Of a DNA stretch of 62,431 nucleotides, positions 61,505-62,431 are shown in pieces; within the stretch, counting starts at the first letter, position 1, and every line of letters begins with the position of its first letter. The stretch is from the NCBI GenBank assembly GCA_016931955.1, contig JAFGDV010000015.1:1-62431 (forward strand), read 5' to 3'. The stretch comes from Candidatus Altiarchaeota archaeon (GTDB lineage: Archaea > Altiarchaeota > Altiarchaeia > IMC4 > QMZM01). Both the position numbers and the translations under genes were made by a program. The notes beneath the pieces were generated by a model. The model was given only the letters and a program-made list of their open reading frames with translations, had not been told where the DNA came from and ran no database searches.

Positions 61505-62350
61505 TCATGTAAATAAATCAAGGATGCTTTCCCTCCCAGTTTCTTCGACCTGTATTTCGGGTTCGCCTTCGATGCCGCCTAATTCAGCAGCCTTCCTGAT
61601 AGCATCATCCATACTGCCTACGTCATCTATCAGCCCCACAAGCTTCGCTTCGCTGCCTAGGTATATGGTTCCATCAGCCAGCTTTTCGACATCATCCAAT
61701 GAGAGATCCTTCCGGTTTTCTGCTATACCCCTTTTCAGGTCATCATATATCTTGTCGATCATCTCCTCTAGTTCCCTTTTCTCTTCCTCCGTTATTGGCC
61801 TGTATGGGCTTCCGATGTCTTTGCTGTCGCCTGATTTTATCACCGTTACATTGATGCCCAGTTTTCCATAGAGTCCGTAATAGTGGTTGAGTGTCATGAT
61901 GACGCCGATGCTCCCAGTTATCGCATTCCTGTCAGCTATTATCCAGTCAGAGGCACTTGCTGCGTAATATGCTCCAGAGGCCCCGGATTCGCTGATGTAT
62001 GCGACCGTTGGCTTTGATGTTCCCCTGATGGCTTGCATCAAGTCGGTGCTAGCAACCACTCCCCCCCCTCCGCTGTTTATGTCTAAGACGATGGCCTTCA
62101 CCATCGGGTCTTCTTCGGCTTTCTTGAGTTTTTCCTTTATTTCGCTCACCTTAGCGCACTGATATGAACCGAAGATGCTGCCTCCGCAGTCTTCAAGAGT
62201 TATCTCGCCCTTGATAGGTATCACAGCCACTTTGTTGCCTATGGAAGGCATAGTAAAGACTTCCCCGACGAGCATCACTACTCCAATCATCGCAAACAAA
62301 AACAATACAAAAACCCCGAATGTTATTAAAACCTTCCAAATCGTTTTCAT
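61505..62350 (-). CDS. sppA: Signal peptide peptidase SppA
   Basis: INSGGG, ASGAYY, TGSIGV, KSGDSKD. Confidence 0.95.
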   Translation of the reverse strand: MKTIWKVLITFGVFVLFLFAMIGVVMLVGEVFTMPSIGNKVAVIPIKGEITLEDCGGSIFGSYQCAKVSEIKEKLKKAEEDPMVKAIVLDINSGGGGVVASTDLMQAIRGTSKPTVAYISESGASGAYYAASASDWIIADRNAITGSIGVIMTLNHYYGLYGKLGINVTVIKSGDSKDIGSPYRPITEEEKRELEEMIDKIYDDLKRGIAENRKDLSLDDVEKLADGTIYLGSEAKLVGLIDDVGSMDDAIRKAAELGGIEGEPEIQVEETGRESILDLFT

Positions 62351-62357
62351 TACAAAC

Positions 62358-62399
62358 TCGCAAGGATACCGTGGACTTTAGTCCACGGAGGAATTGCGA
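62358..62399. repeat. IS200/IS605-like hairpin
   Basis: CCGTGGACT-TT-AGTCCACGG (62369-62388) inside an outer TCGCAA/TTGCGA stem. Confidence 0.55.
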
Positions 62400-62431
62400 C
62401 GTAAAATATTTTTACCCTTGCTTCTACCTCC

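Overview
Archaeal chromosomal window: archaeal RNA polymerase, topoisomerase VI, PriL, RFC-L, eL/eS ribosomal proteins and an archaeal CCA enzyme. DmrX, the DnaK system and poly-Thr surface proteins suggest an Altiarchaeota-like lineage, which is an inference. Positions 1-6 kb form a decaying accessory region. It holds a membrane-protein gene broken by a clean 283-bp internal inversion, a duplicated promoter + small-ORF cassette, a Doc toxin followed by an unannotated antitoxin-like peptide, and homopolymer frameshifts. Positions 6-35 kb hold mixed housekeeping genes: CorA, proteases, priL, grpE-dnaK-(orphan DNA MTase)-dnaJ, inositol-lipid genes, rfcL, dmrX, top6AB and cca. Positions 35-49 kb carry an rpoH-rpoB-rpoA1-rpoA2-rpl30e-nusA-rps12 cluster joined directly to rps8...secY. 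Positions 50-55 kb carry an RHH-queD-queC-glycosyltransferase-queE-folE2 operon with a 55-bp duplication scar. Positions 55-62 kb hold a palindrome-rich element, initiator tRNA-Met, a frameshifted LAGLIDADG gene, half carB, rpl40e, an OB-fold/solo-Cas4/transglutaminase operon, rps17e and sppA. Related IS200/IS605-like hairpins sit at both window ends. No CRISPR array or rRNA was seen. All calls come from reading motifs by eye; no database searches were run.
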